The position numbers and the translations under genes are program-made. Under the pieces are notes generated by a model. That model saw only the letters and a list, made by a program, of their open reading frames with translations, searched no databases and had not been told where the DNA came from. Positions 1 through 9,855 of a stretch of DNA of 64,000 nt are shown here, piece after piece (the stretch's first letter is position 1; every line of letters begins with the position of its first letter). The stretch is taken from the NCBI GenBank assembly GCA_963849325.1, contig CAWKHF010000006.1:640001-704000 (forward strand). The letters run 5' to 3'. Origin of the DNA: an uncultured Planctomycetota bacterium (GTDB lineage: Bacteria; Planctomycetota; Planctomycetia; Gemmatales; Gemmataceae).

Positions 1-2400
1 CTCTCGATCAGGGCCGCGTCGAGCAGCTCTTGCACGACGACGGCTTCCTGGCCCACATGGACCGCGTCGAGGAAGCCTTCGACAACTACCTGGCCGCCCC
101 GACCTGGTATCAGGAAACCTACGCCGGCGTCGACCGCAACGGCGCCGCCGCCCCGGACCTGCGCATCGCCTATTTCAGCGCCGAATTCGGCATCCACGAG
201 AGCATCCCCGTCTACTCCGGTGGCCTGGGCGTCTTGTCGGGCGATCATCTCAAGAGCGCCAGCGACCTCGGCCTGCCGCTGGTCGGCATCGGTCTGATGT
301 ACCGCGAAGGCTACTTCCGCCAGTACCTCACGGTGGACGGCTGGCAGCAGGAGCGCTATCCCGAGAACGATTTCTTCAATCTGCCGCTCATTCCCGAGAC
401 CAACCGCGACGGCGCGCCGGCGACCATCCGCATTCCCTTCCCCGGTCGCGACGTCCACGTGCGCATCTGGCGCATCCAGGTCGGCCGCGTGCCGCTGTAT
501 CTGCTGGACACGAACATTCCGCGCAACGCGCCGGAGGACCGCGTCATCACGGCCCGGCTGTACGGCGGCGACAACGACATGCGCATCCGTCAGGAAATCG
601 TGCTGGGCATCGGCGGCGTGATGGCCCTGCGCGATGGGCAAACCGCCGACCGTCTGCCACATGAACGAGGGTCATAGTGCTTTCTGCGGTCTGGAGCGCA
701 TCCGCGCTCTGATGCAGGAGAGCAACCTGCCCTTCCACGCCGCCCGCGAGGCCGTCGCCGCCGGCACCGTCTTCACCACGCACACGCCGGTGCCGGCCGG
801 CAACGACGTCTTCGCTCCGCAGCTGATCGAGCACTATCTCGGCAGCTACCTCGGCGCCTTCAAGATCGACCGCAACGAATTCCTCGGCCTGGGCCGGCAG
901 AACCCCTTCGACCAGAACGAGCCGTTCGGCATGACCGTGCTGGCCATCCGCCTGGCCAACGTGACCAACGGCGTCAGCAAGCTGCATGGCAGCGTGTCGC
1001 GCAAGATGTGGAAAAGCATCTGGCCGGACCTGCCCGACAGCGAGGCGCCCATCACCTCGATCACCAACGGCGTCCACATGCGGAGCTGGGTGTCGCCGGA
1101 CATGATCCAGCTGTTCGACCGCTACATGGGCATGGCCTACGATGGCCGGCCCAGCGAGCAGGCCATGTGGAAGCGCGTCGAGAACATCCCCGACGCCGAG
1201 CTGTGGCGGACGCACGAGCGCCGCCGCGAACGGCTGGTGGCCTTCGCCCGCATCCGTCTCAAGCAGCAGCTGAAAAACCGCAGCGCCTTGCCGGCCGAGA
1301 TCGCTCGCGCCGACGAGGTGCTCGATCCGGACGCCTTGACCATCGGCTTCGCTCGCCGCTTCGCCACCTACAAGCGCGGCACGCTGGTCTTCCGCAACCT
1401 CGATCGCCTGGCCGCCTTGCTCAACAACAAGGAACGGCCGGTGCAGTTCCTCTTCGCCGGCAAGGCCCATCCCAAGGACCACGGCGGCAAGGAGCTGATC
1501 GCCGAGATCCTGCAGTTCGCGCGGCGGCCGGAGTTCCGCCGCCGTATCGTCTTCCTCGAAGACTACGACATCACCGTGGCCCGCTACATGGTGCAGGGCG
1601 TGGACGTGTGGTTGAACAATCCGCGCCGTCCCCTGGAAGCGTCCGGCACCAGCGGCATGAAAATCTGCTGCAACGGCGGACTGAACCTGAGTATCCTCGA
1701 TGGCTGGTGGTGCGAGGGCTACGACGGCGAGAACGGCTGGGCCATCGGCGCCGGCGAGGAGTACACCGACCTGACCTACCAGGACGACGTCGAATCGCGG
1801 GCCATTTACGATCTGCTGGAGCAGGAGATCGTGCCGCTGTTCTACAACCGTTCGTCCGATGGTCTGCCGCGTGGCTGGCTGCGGCGCATGAAGCGGGCGA
1901 TGACGACGCTGTGTCCCGTCTTCAACACTGGCCGCATGGTGGTCGAGTATTTGACGACGTGTTATCTGCCGTCGGCGCAGCGTTTCCTGCGGCTGACGTC
2001 GGACAATCTGCAGAAGGCCAACGCCCTGGCACAGTGGCGACAGGGCTTGATGCGCGGCTGGAACCAGGTAAAGGTGGAGGGTGTCGAGGTCAGCACTGCC
2101 GATCCGGTGCAAGTCGGCGGCGAACTGCCGGTCAAGGTGCGCGTCAATCTCGGCCGTTTCACGCCCGACGACATCGAGGTGCAGCTGTTCCACGGCCTGG
2201 TCGATTCGCTCGGCGACATCCCCCGGCCGCACCTGGTCAGCATGGGCCATAACGGCGCGCCCAAGCACGACAACGTGTGGGAGTTCCACGGCACCATCCC
2301 GTGCCGGTCGAGTGGTCAACACGGTTTCGCCGTGCGCGTGCTGCCGCACCACGGTGACCTGTCCAGCGCCTACGAGCCGGGGTTGGTGTGCTGGGGATGA
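1..2400 (+). CDS. glgP: Alpha-glucan (glycogen) phosphorylase, 5'-truncated by the window edge; frameshift near 634
   Basis: AYFSAEFGIHESIPVYSGGLGVL, HMNEGH, GFARRFATYKR, EASGTSGMK (PLP lysine); ORFs 30..677 and 634..2400 join. Confidence 0.95.
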
Positions 2401-2419
2401 GGTTTCGACGCGGTTTCCG

Positions 2420-2477
2420 ACCAGCCCGGAGCGCCAGCGACGGGTTATGCGAACCCGTCGCTGCGCTCCGGGCTGGT
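2420..2477. repeat. REP-like palindrome; related half copy at 6609-6633 and diverged copy at 36208-36264
   Basis: ACCAGCCCGGAGCGCCAGCGACGGGT...ACCCGTCGCTGCGCTCCGGGCTGGT. Confidence 0.85.
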
Positions 2478-2495
2478 GAGTTTGGAGGACCGCGG

Positions 2496-2885
2496 GTGAA
2501 GCCCCTCCTGCTCGTTCTCGGCGGCGGACTGGGCACCTACGTCCGCTGGTGGCTCGGCGCCTGGTTCGCGGCCCAGCCCTGGACGCGCGGACTACCCCTG
2601 GGCACCTTCGTCATCAACGTCAGCGGCTCCTTCCTTCTCGGCGCCGCGGCGGTGCTCATCCTCGAACGCTTGCCGCCGGAGCATCAGGACTGGTATTTGC
2701 TCGTCGGCACCGGCTTCTGCGGCGGTTACACGACGTTCTCGACGTTCGAGTGGGAGACGTTCAAGCTCATCCGCGACGGCAGCTGGGGTTTCGCCCTGGC
2801 CAACGTGGTCGGCAGCGTGTTGGCGGGTTTCGCGGCGGTGCTGCTGGCGGTGCTGTTGGTCCGTGCCATCCTGCCGCCGCGCTGA
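2496..2885 (+). CDS. crcB: Fluoride efflux channel CrcB/Fluc
   Basis: GGGLGTYVRW, PLGTFVINVSGSF, GFCGGYTTFSTF signature; GGAGG RBS before GTG at 2496. Confidence 0.95.
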   Translation: MKPLLLVLGGGLGTYVRWWLGAWFAAQPWTRGLPLGTFVINVSGSFLLGAAAVLILERLPPEHQDWYLLVGTGFCGGYTTFSTFEWETFKLIRDGSWGFALANVVGSVLAGFAAVLLAVLLVRAILPPR

Positions 2886-2898
2886 GGAGGCCCAGGCT

Positions 2899-3237
2899 AT
2901 GAAGATCGAGGGCGAAGCGAAACTGGTGACGGTTTACGTCAACAGCACCGATCAATGGCACGGCCGGCCCTTATACACGGCCATCGTGCAGCTATGCCAG
3001 GACCAGGGCGTCTCCGGCGCCACGGTCATGCGCTGCGTGGCCGGCTACGGCGCCCACCACCGGCTGCACACGACGCGCCTGCTGGAGTTGAGCGAGAACC
3101 TACCGGTACGCATCGAGATCGTGGACATTCCGGAGCGCATCGATCCGCTGCTCGCGGCCCTGGAAGGAATGATCGGCGAGGGACTGATGACGGTCGCGCC
3201 CATTCACATTCTGAAGTTTCTGCCCGATCCGAAATAG
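2899..3237 (+). CDS. DUF190 (PII-like) protein
   Basis: GRPLY...GVSGATVMRCVAGYG...LSENLPVRIEIVD; usual partner downstream of crcB; GAGGAGG RBS. Confidence 0.9.
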   Translation: MKIEGEAKLVTVYVNSTDQWHGRPLYTAIVQLCQDQGVSGATVMRCVAGYGAHHRLHTTRLLELSENLPVRIEIVDIPERIDPLLAALEGMIGEGLMTVAPIHILKFLPDPK

Positions 3238-3258
3238 ATCGATGGTCTCTCCAACTCC

Positions 3259-4931
3259 TCACCACTTGAAACTGTACTGCAAGTAAAACAGCGCCGGTCC
3301 TTCCTTCGGTCCACTCGTTTCCCGAATGAACGAGCCAGCGAACAGCTTGGAGTAGCCCACGAAAATGTCCTGATGCAGGCTGAGATGGAAATTGGTGGTG
3401 AAGTCGATCTCATCACCCACGAAGGTTCCCGCCTGGCCGGTCGGGTCGCGGCGGATGACGGCGCCGCTGGCGTTGTACAAGGCGTCGCGGGCGCTGTCGA
3501 GGTGGAAGACGTGGTACTGGAGCGTGGTCTGAATCCACTTCGCCGGGTAAAAACCGAACTGCATACTCACGTCGTCGATGTTCTGGCGGCCGACCAGGTC
3601 GAGATAGCCGAAGTAGGTGTGGCCCCAGGGGAACAACTGGTTGAACGTGCCGTGGATGTCGCCGCTCCCCGGATTTGGGTCGCCGGAGGCCCAATCGTTG
3701 TAGACCCAGAACTGCGGATTCAGCGGCAGGTGAGCGAGCTGGTAGCCCACGCCGGTCGTGACCGCACCGGCCGAGATGGCCTGGTTGGACCAGGCGCCGA
3801 ACTGATACATGCCCTCGAAGTCCCACAGGAACTGGCGGTAATCGCCGGAATAGCGACTGCCGAGGGTGCTGACGTTGTAGCCGCCCAGGACGCCGCCGCG
3901 CCCGCTGGCGACGCCGGGATTGCGATTGTCCAGGTCCAGGTAGTACAGATCGATGGCCTGCCCCTTGCGCGGCCGCTGTGTCAGCCACAGTCCGGTGAAG
4001 TTCTGATTGTGGTCGGGAGGGTCGAGACTGGTTGGACGCATGAGCACTGGCTGCACCCAGAAGGCGTCCACGTTCCAGTCCTTGCCCAACCAGAAGGCGC
4101 GGCGCCCTGGAAGGTGCGGCGCACGTTGGGAAAGTCCGAGGGCGAGATTAGCCGCTGCGAGCCGAAGTACATCTCCTGCCGGCCGACACGGACGTAGGCC
4201 GGCTGCTGGTTCACGGCGAACAGTTTGGCATCCGCGAACAGATTTTGGATGTCGGCGTGGTTAACGTCATTGGGCAGCGGCGGCAGGTCGTTGTTGGCGA
4301 TGCGCGAGTCCTGCATCTCGGCATAGACGCGAAAGCGGTCGAGATACCACACGTCCGTGTAGACGCGCGAACGGATCAACTCATACGTGTTAACCTGGCC
4401 GGTGAAGCGGGCATACCCGCCGTTCTCGTCCATGTAACGGACGCGCTCTTCGCCGCCGAGAGATAGCAGCCAGTCCTCGCCGGCGTGGATGCGCTTGAGA
4501 GGCGAGAAGAAATCAACCTGGCCGAAGGCCGGGCTTTCCAGATAGCGGTAGTCGGCGTCATAGAAGGAGTAGCCGTCGCCGCTGACCGGCGGATACGGCG
4601 TCTTCAGCGGCTTGGCGAGCGGTTCATCCAGGAGCAGGAACAGAAGCGAGTAGTAACCTGGTCCGGTCGGTAGGACCAGAAAGTAGCCGATGCGATCCAT
4701 CGGCCGCAGCGGCGGCACTCGTGCCCAGAACTTCACCGCCTTCTCTTGCGGCGCCTTAATGGATTCTTTTTGGAGAGGAGCAGGCGCCGGCGTGGCGGGC
4801 GTCACTGCCGCGGCGGCGGGCGTCCTTTCCGGGACGGGCTGTCCCCGCGCCGCGTTCATCGCGGCGAGGAAGAGTCCGGCCAGCAGTCCGGCTCGAACCG
4901 ACCTCCAGACGGTGTGGATGGTCCGACGCAT
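3259..4931 (-). CDS. Alginate-export-family outer-membrane beta-barrel; frameshift near 4095
   Basis: Signal peptide, RVGRQEMYFGSQRLIS, ASGD, TFNQLFPWGHTYFG, C-terminal YLQYSFKW; ORFs 3981..4955 and 3259..4089 join; GAGGTG RBS. Confidence 0.85.
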
Positions 4932-4962
4932 TTCACCTCGGCTCGATCTTCCCACGATTGGG

Positions 4963-4994
4963 AAAACAAAAAACCCCCGCCGAGTGGCGGGGGT
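4963..4994 (-). terminator. Intrinsic terminator in the leader (riboswitch expression platform)
   Basis: Minus strand ACCCCCGCC-ACUC-GGCGGGGGU followed by UUUUUGUUUU, just upstream of the porin start codon. Confidence 0.85.
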
Positions 4995-5028
4995 AAGTGC
5001 GTGGAACCCCTACCGCCGAGCCGGCGCG

Positions 5029-5083
5029 GTAGGAGTCATCAGCCCTGCAAGACAGGGCGGTTGTCTGGGGGGACTCCATCCCC
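5029..5083 (-). ncRNA. Fluoride riboswitch aptamer (crcB motif)
   Basis: Minus strand GGGGAUGGAGUCCCCCCAGACAACCGCCCUG-UCUUG-CAGGGCUGAUGACUCCUAC: P1 GGGG/CCCC, GAUGGAGU loop, P2 GCCCUG/CAGGGC, UGAUGACUCCUAC 3' end with GGAGUC/GACUCC pseudoknot. Confidence 0.92.
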
Positions 5084-5212
5084 TCTTCTGTGTTTCACGA
5101 TCTTGGCAGGCAGCAACGTCAAGAAGCTATCCCTCTCTATCGGCGGCGACGCTTCTAAACTTTGGAGCGAGCGGACAAAAAACCGCGGAGCCGGAAGCGT
5201 AAGACTTTTTCT

Positions 5213-5557
5213 TCACCCGGGCGGCCAACCGAGGTCGCGGCCACCGAGCAGGTGCAGATGGAGGTGCGGCACCGTCTGGCCGGCGCGCTCCTTGCAATTG
5301 AGCACCAGGCGATAGCCGTCGCTGATGCCGAGCTTGTCCGCCAGCTGCGCCGCCACCAGATGCAAGTGGCCGAGCAGCTCGCGGTCCTCCGGCTTGACGT
5401 CGGCGTGCGTCGGAATCACCTTGCGCGGGATGAGGAGCACGTGTACGGGGGCTTGCGGGTTGATGTCGTGAAAGGCCAGGCAGTGCTCGTCCTCGTACAC
5501 GATGCGGGCCGGGATTTTCTTTTCGGCGATCTTCAAAAAAAGGTTGTCCTGGAGCAT
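5213..5557 (-). CDS. hinT: HIT-family nucleotide-binding protein
   Basis: AFHDINPQAPVHVLLIP, AGQTVPHLHLHLLGGR, ends WPPG. Confidence 0.92.
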   Translation of the reverse strand: MLQDNLFLKIAEKKIPARIVYEDEHCLAFHDINPQAPVHVLLIPRKVIPTHADVKPEDRELLGHLHLVAAQLADKLGISDGYRLVLNCKERAGQTVPHLHLHLLGGRDLGWPPG

Positions 5558-5644
5558 GAAGGGACCTCCTGGTTCAAAGGGGGCTTTCGCGTACCATAGC
5601 CGTTATCCTCGCGGCGATCAACCGTCCAACGGGGGAAGGCCGTC

Positions 5645-6606
5645 ATGGCGTGGATCATCGGCATCGACGAAGCGGGCTACGGACCGAACCTCGGCCCGTT
5701 CGTCATGACCTCCGTTGCCTGCCGCGTGCCGGACCCCTGCCACGATACGAACCTGTGGCGCCTGCTCCGTCCGGTGGTCCGCCAGGGCGCCGACGCCGAC
5801 GATGGCCGACTGCTCATCGATGACTCGAAGATCGTCTACACCGCGCGCGGCCTGGCCGGCCTGGAACGCGGCGTCTGGGCCGCCCTGGGACGCGCCGGAG
5901 AGGCCCGGTGTCTACTCTCGCGGCGCTGCTGGAATGGGTCTGTCCCGACGACCGGGAGGAGTTGGGCCGCGAGGTGTGGTATCGGGGAGTGCAAGCGGTG
6001 CCGGTCCACCTGGAAGCCGCCGAGCTAGGGCCGTGGGCCTCTCGCTTCGACGAGGTCTGTGCGGCCGTGGGCGTCGGTGGCTGGCAGGTCCGCGGCGCGA
6101 TCGTCTGTCCGTCGCGCTTCAACGCGCTCCTCGACGAGGGCGGCAAGAAAGGGGCCGTGCTGGCCCACGCCCTGACGCGGTTGCTGCGCTGGCAGCGCCA
6201 CCGACTGATCGGCGAAGACGCCCTGACCTTCTTCATCGACAAGCACGGCGGCCGCAACACTTACGCGGCGATGCTCCAGCACGCCCTGCCCGATGGCGTG
6301 GTTCTCACCGGCGAGGAGGGCATGGCTCGCAGCAGCTACCGCGTCCACGGCCTGGGCCGCGAGGTACGGCTGACGTTCCAGCCGCGCGCCGACCGCGAGC
6401 ATTTCTGCGTCGCCCTGGCGTCGATGGTCAGCAAGTACCTGCGCGAGGTGCTGATGCTGGAGTTCAATCGATTCTGGCGGGAGCACGTGCCCGACCTGAA
6501 GCCGACGGCGGGCTACCCCGGCGACGCCGCCCGCTTTCTGGGCGTCATCCGTCCAGCCATCGAGAAACTGGGGCTGCGCGAGGAGGTCTTGTGGCGCCGC
6601 AAGTGA
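5645..6606 (+). CDS. RNase HII-fold protein; frameshift near 5900
   Basis: IIGIDEAGYGPNLGP, DDSK, VALASMVSKYLRE, GYP. Confidence 0.8.
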
Positions 6607-6636
6607 CCACCCGCCGCTGGCGCTCCGGGCTGGAAG

Positions 6637-6954
6637 TTACCGCGCCGGGATCAACTCGATTTGACTGCTCTCGTCCAGCGTGATGCTCGACAGCTCGCCG
6701 TTGTCCTTGGTGAAGTGGACGGTGACGACGACGATGTCGTCCTCCGGCACGCGGTCGGTGGCGAGGCCGGTCGCCAGGAAGTTGACGTGGCGGAACACGC
6801 CCTCGACCGTGGTCGTCCAGCGGCGGCGCGTGTTGATGGCCACCGTCTGCGTGATGCGGATGCGCTGGCCGGGCTGCAAGCCGCGGACCAGGGCGGCCAA
6901 CTCGGGACGCACCGGCCGCGTCGCCGACGGCAGCGGGGAAGGCAGTTGACTCAC
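6637..6954 (-). CDS. Hypothetical protein coupled to ilvN (GTGA overlap)
   Basis: AAGGAG RBS, GC-rich codon usage; forms the C-terminal part of ORF 6637..7518. Confidence 0.6.
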   Translation of the reverse strand: MSQLPSPLPSATRPVRPELAALVRGLQPGQRIRITQTVAINTRRRWTTTVEGVFRHVNFLATGLATDRVPEDDIVVVTVHFTKDNGELSSITLDESSQIELIPAR

Positions 6955-7449
6955 AGGACGTCTCCTTGACCGGGCATGCCGCGGACCAGGGCGATGCGGC
7001 CGGTGCGAGCCAGTTCGATGATGCCGATAAGGCCGCATCAGCTCGATGAACGCCTCGATCTTGCTCTCCTGGCCGCTGATCTCGACCATCAGGTTCTCGG
7101 GGCTGATGTCCACGACGCGGCCGCGGAACATCTCGACGAGCAGGGTGATCTCGATGCGCTGCTGCGGCGTGGCGTTGACCTTGATGAGCATCAGGTCGCG
7201 CTCGACGAAGTTCTCGCTGCTGATGTCCTGCACCTTGACGACGGTGACGACCTTGTCCAGCTGCTTGCGGACCTGCTCCAGCTCGGCGTCGTCGCCGTGG
7301 ACGACGAAGGTCATGCGCGACAGGTTGGGCTGCTCGGTCTCGCCGACGGCGAGGCTGTCGATGTTGAAGCCGCGCGAGGCGAGCATGCCGGAGATGTGAG
7401 CCAGGACGCCGGGTTGGTTCTGCACCAGCGCCGACAGGACGTGCCGCAT
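6951..7449 (-). CDS. ilvN: Acetolactate synthase small subunit; frameshift near 7028
   Basis: MRHVLSALVQNQPGVLAHISGMLASRGFNIDSL, ERDLMLIKV; corrected end GIIELARTGRIALVRG. Confidence 0.93.
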
Positions 7450-7536
7450 GACCAATCGTCTCCCGTGAAACCACGAAATACCAGGGATGATCTTAGGGAT
7501 ACGGACGGAGGGGAGCAATCGCCATCGTCGGCTGGC

Positions 7537-8061
7537 TTAACAGACGGTGAGGAAGCCGACGACGTTGGCGAGATTGCCGACCGTTCCACGTGATGCCGGG
7601 GTCAGATTCAGAGTGATGGCGTTTTCCGTCAGAAAGTTGTAGCCGAGAACGATCTTTTTCTCGAAGCGCATCGGCAGCGCGAATTGCGGAAACTTGGCGA
7701 TAGCACGGAGGGAGCGGGTGGCTTGCAATCTCTCATCGAGGAGAGCGATCTGGATGACTCCCAGTTCGCAGGGGACGCCGAGCCATTTCAAAGTGTCGAG
7801 GTCCGGCTGGCCTGATGCGGTGAGCATCTGGGAGCCAAGGGGTATCCAGGAAAGGTTTTGTCCGTTCCAAAAATAATAGGGGAAGACACTAAACGGCGCG
7901 CCGGTGTCGAGGATGGCATCGGCCCGAAATCGTCCGTGTACTCGATCGAACAACTCCATCTGAACCACAAGGCGACAGGCTCGTGCCAGCCGCCCCTGGT
8001 CCGTCATGAAGTCTTTGCGCTGCTCTCGGATCGGGATGTTGGGCAGCACGTTACCCTTCAC
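7537..8061 (-). CDS. Retropepsin-like aspartyl protease
   Basis: AILDTGAPFS motif and VLGYNFL (LG-x-x-FL) motif; GTGA overlap with upstream gene; alternative start at 8007. Confidence 0.7.
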   Translation of the reverse strand: MKGNVLPNIPIREQRKDFMTDQGRLARACRLVVQMELFDRVHGRFRADAILDTGAPFSVFPYYFWNGQNLSWIPLGSQMLTASGQPDLDTLKWLGVPCELGVIQIALLDERLQATRSLRAIAKFPQFALPMRFEKKIVLGYNFLTENAITLNLTPASRGTVGNLANVVGFLTVC

Positions 8062-8387
8062 GAGGACAAGAATTCCGGTCCGAGAGTCGAGATCACGGCG
8101 ATGTGGTTGCGGGGCGCTCCAGTGACGCGCACCGCTTCGTCCAGGACCGTCTTCCAATCGTCCGCTACCGCGACCACCTTGCGACGATAGACAGCGACTA
8201 ATTTATCCGGATACAACTCATTGACTTCTGGGTCATTATAGGCCCACTCCATGTCGTAACACACCTCCGCTTCCTCGCCGGTCAGCTGTGGCGGCAAATC
8301 CGCAGGAAAGCTCTCGCCTACCTCATTGGGTGGCAAAGGAACGCCTGCCGTGAACATCTCGGGCGGCGGATCTTTCTCGGGAGTCAT
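8058..8387 (-). CDS. DUF5678-like small protein
   Basis: LYPDKLVAVYRRKVVAVADD pattern; GGAGG RBS. Confidence 0.6.
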   Translation of the reverse strand: MTPEKDPPPEMFTAGVPLPPNEVGESFPADLPPQLTGEEAEVCYDMEWAYNDPEVNELYPDKLVAVYRRKVVAVADDWKTVLDEAVRVTGAPRNHIAVISTLGPEFLSS

Positions 8388-8448
8388 GGTTCACCTCCAA
8401 GGGCGACTGCTTCCATCCTAATTCCTCCGCGCTCGGAGGAACAGCCGA

Positions 8449-9642
8449 TTACCTCCCGATCACCCCCAACTCTTTGCCGACCTCGGCGAAGGCCGCGATG
8501 GCGCGGTCGATCTGCTCGGCGGTGTGCGCCGCCGACATCTGGATGCGGATGCGCGCCTGCCCCTGCGGCACGACCGGATAGCTGAAGCCGATGACGTAGA
8601 TGCCGCGCTCCAGCAGGGCATCGGCCATGCGCGTGGCCAGGGCGGCATCGCCGAGCATGACCGGCAGAATGGGATGCTGGCCCGGCTTGAGGCGAAAGCC
8701 GGCTGCCTCCAGGCCGGCACGCATGCGACGGGCGTTGTCGTGCAGGCGGTCGCGCAGGGCGCTGCTCTTCTCGACCAACTCCAACGCCTTCAGCGCGGCC
8801 ATGACGATCGGCGGCGGCAGAGCGTTGGAGAACAGATACGTCCGCGAACGCTGCCGCAGCAGGTCGATGACTTCGGCCCGGCCGCAGGTGAAGCCGCCGG
8901 AGGCCCCGCCCAGCGTCTTGCCCAGCGTGCTCGTGATAATGTCCACGCGCTCCAGCACGCCGAGGTGCTCCGGCGTGCCGCGGCCACCCGATCCGAGAAT
9001 GCCCGTGGCATGGCTGTCGTCCACCACCACGATGGCGTCATGGCGATCGGCAAGATCGCAAATGTCCGGCAATTTCGCCAGCGCGCCGTCCATCGAGAAC
9101 ACGCCGTCGGTGACGATCAGGCGCAGCCGGCTGTTGGCGGACTCGCGCAGGCCGTGCTCCAGCTCGCTCATGTCGCCATGCCGATAGCGAACGCGCCGCG
9201 CCTTGCACAGACGGATGCCGTCGATGATGCTGGCGTGGTTCAACTCGTCGCTGAGAACGGTGTCCTCGTCGCCCAGGATCGTCTCGAACAGTCCGCCGTT
9301 GGCGTCCCAGCACGAGCTGTACAGGATGGCGTCGTCCTTGCCGAGAAAGTGGGCGATACGGTTTTCGAGTTGTTTGTGTAGCGTCTGGGTGCCGCAGATG
9401 AAGCGCACCGAGGCCATGCCGTAACCGAAGCGGCGCAATCCCTCGTGGGCCGCCTCGACGATGGCCGGATGGTTCGCCAGGCCGAGATAATTGTTGGCGC
9501 AGAAGTTGAGGACTTCGCGGCCGTTGACGTGGATGGCCGCGTCCTGCGGTCCTTCGAGTTGTCGCTCGCCCTTGTACAGCCCGCGAGTGCGAAGGTCATC
9601 GAGCTGGGGACGCAGAACTTGCAGCAGGTGCTTATCGCTCAT
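8449..9642 (-). CDS. kbl: Glycine C-acetyltransferase (2-amino-3-ketobutyrate CoA ligase)
   Basis: [66 protein letters not shown]. Confidence 0.95.
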   Translation of the reverse strand: MSDKHLLQVLRPQLDDLRTRGLYKGERQLEGPQDAAIHVNGREVLNFCANNYLGLANHPAIVEAAHEGLRRFGYGMASVRFICGTQTLHKQLENRIAHFLGKDDAILYSSCWDANGGLFETILGDEDTVLSDELNHASIIDGIRLCKARRVRYRHGDMSELEHGLRESANSRLRLIVTDGVFSMDGALAKLPDICDLADRHDAIVVVDDSHATGILGSGGRGTPEHLGVLERVDIITSTLGKTLGGASGGFTCGRAEVIDLLRQRSRTYLFSNALPPPIVMAALKALELVEKSSALRDRLHDNARRMRAGLEAAGFRLKPGQHPILPVMLGDAALATRMADALLERGIYVIGFSYPVVPQGQARIRIQMSAAHTAEQIDRAIAAFAEVGKELGVIGR

Positions 9643-9855
9643 GGTCGTTACCGGAAGAGGGGGCGATTGTCCGTCTGTAAGGTAAGGGGCAAGCGCGAGC
9701 TTGTCTACCCGCGAGGTGATTCGAGCCTTGCTTATTCGATGGGGGCTTACGAAGAGATGCTTCCCGGGAAGAGGCGAGGGCTGCGAGCGATTCTTGACGC
9801 CCGCGACGGTCTGGCTTACGCTGAAAACATCGCAAAGCGAGGGAGGATTCGGAGC

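Noticed and set aside
547-2352. Long antisense and alternate-frame ORFs (also 18126..19475, 28102..29742, 42443..44233 and similar)
   Set aside because: Shadow ORFs expected in high-GC DNA; they overlap well-supported genes and show no motifs.
2400-2495. Fluoride riboswitch directly upstream of crcB
   Set aside because: The gap holds only a REP-like palindrome; no GAUGGxGU or UGAUGAC..CU motif.
6637-7518. IlvN with a novel fused C-terminal domain
   Set aside because: A one-base frameshift near 7028 joins ilvN to the next gene; the corrected frame gives the normal IlvN end.
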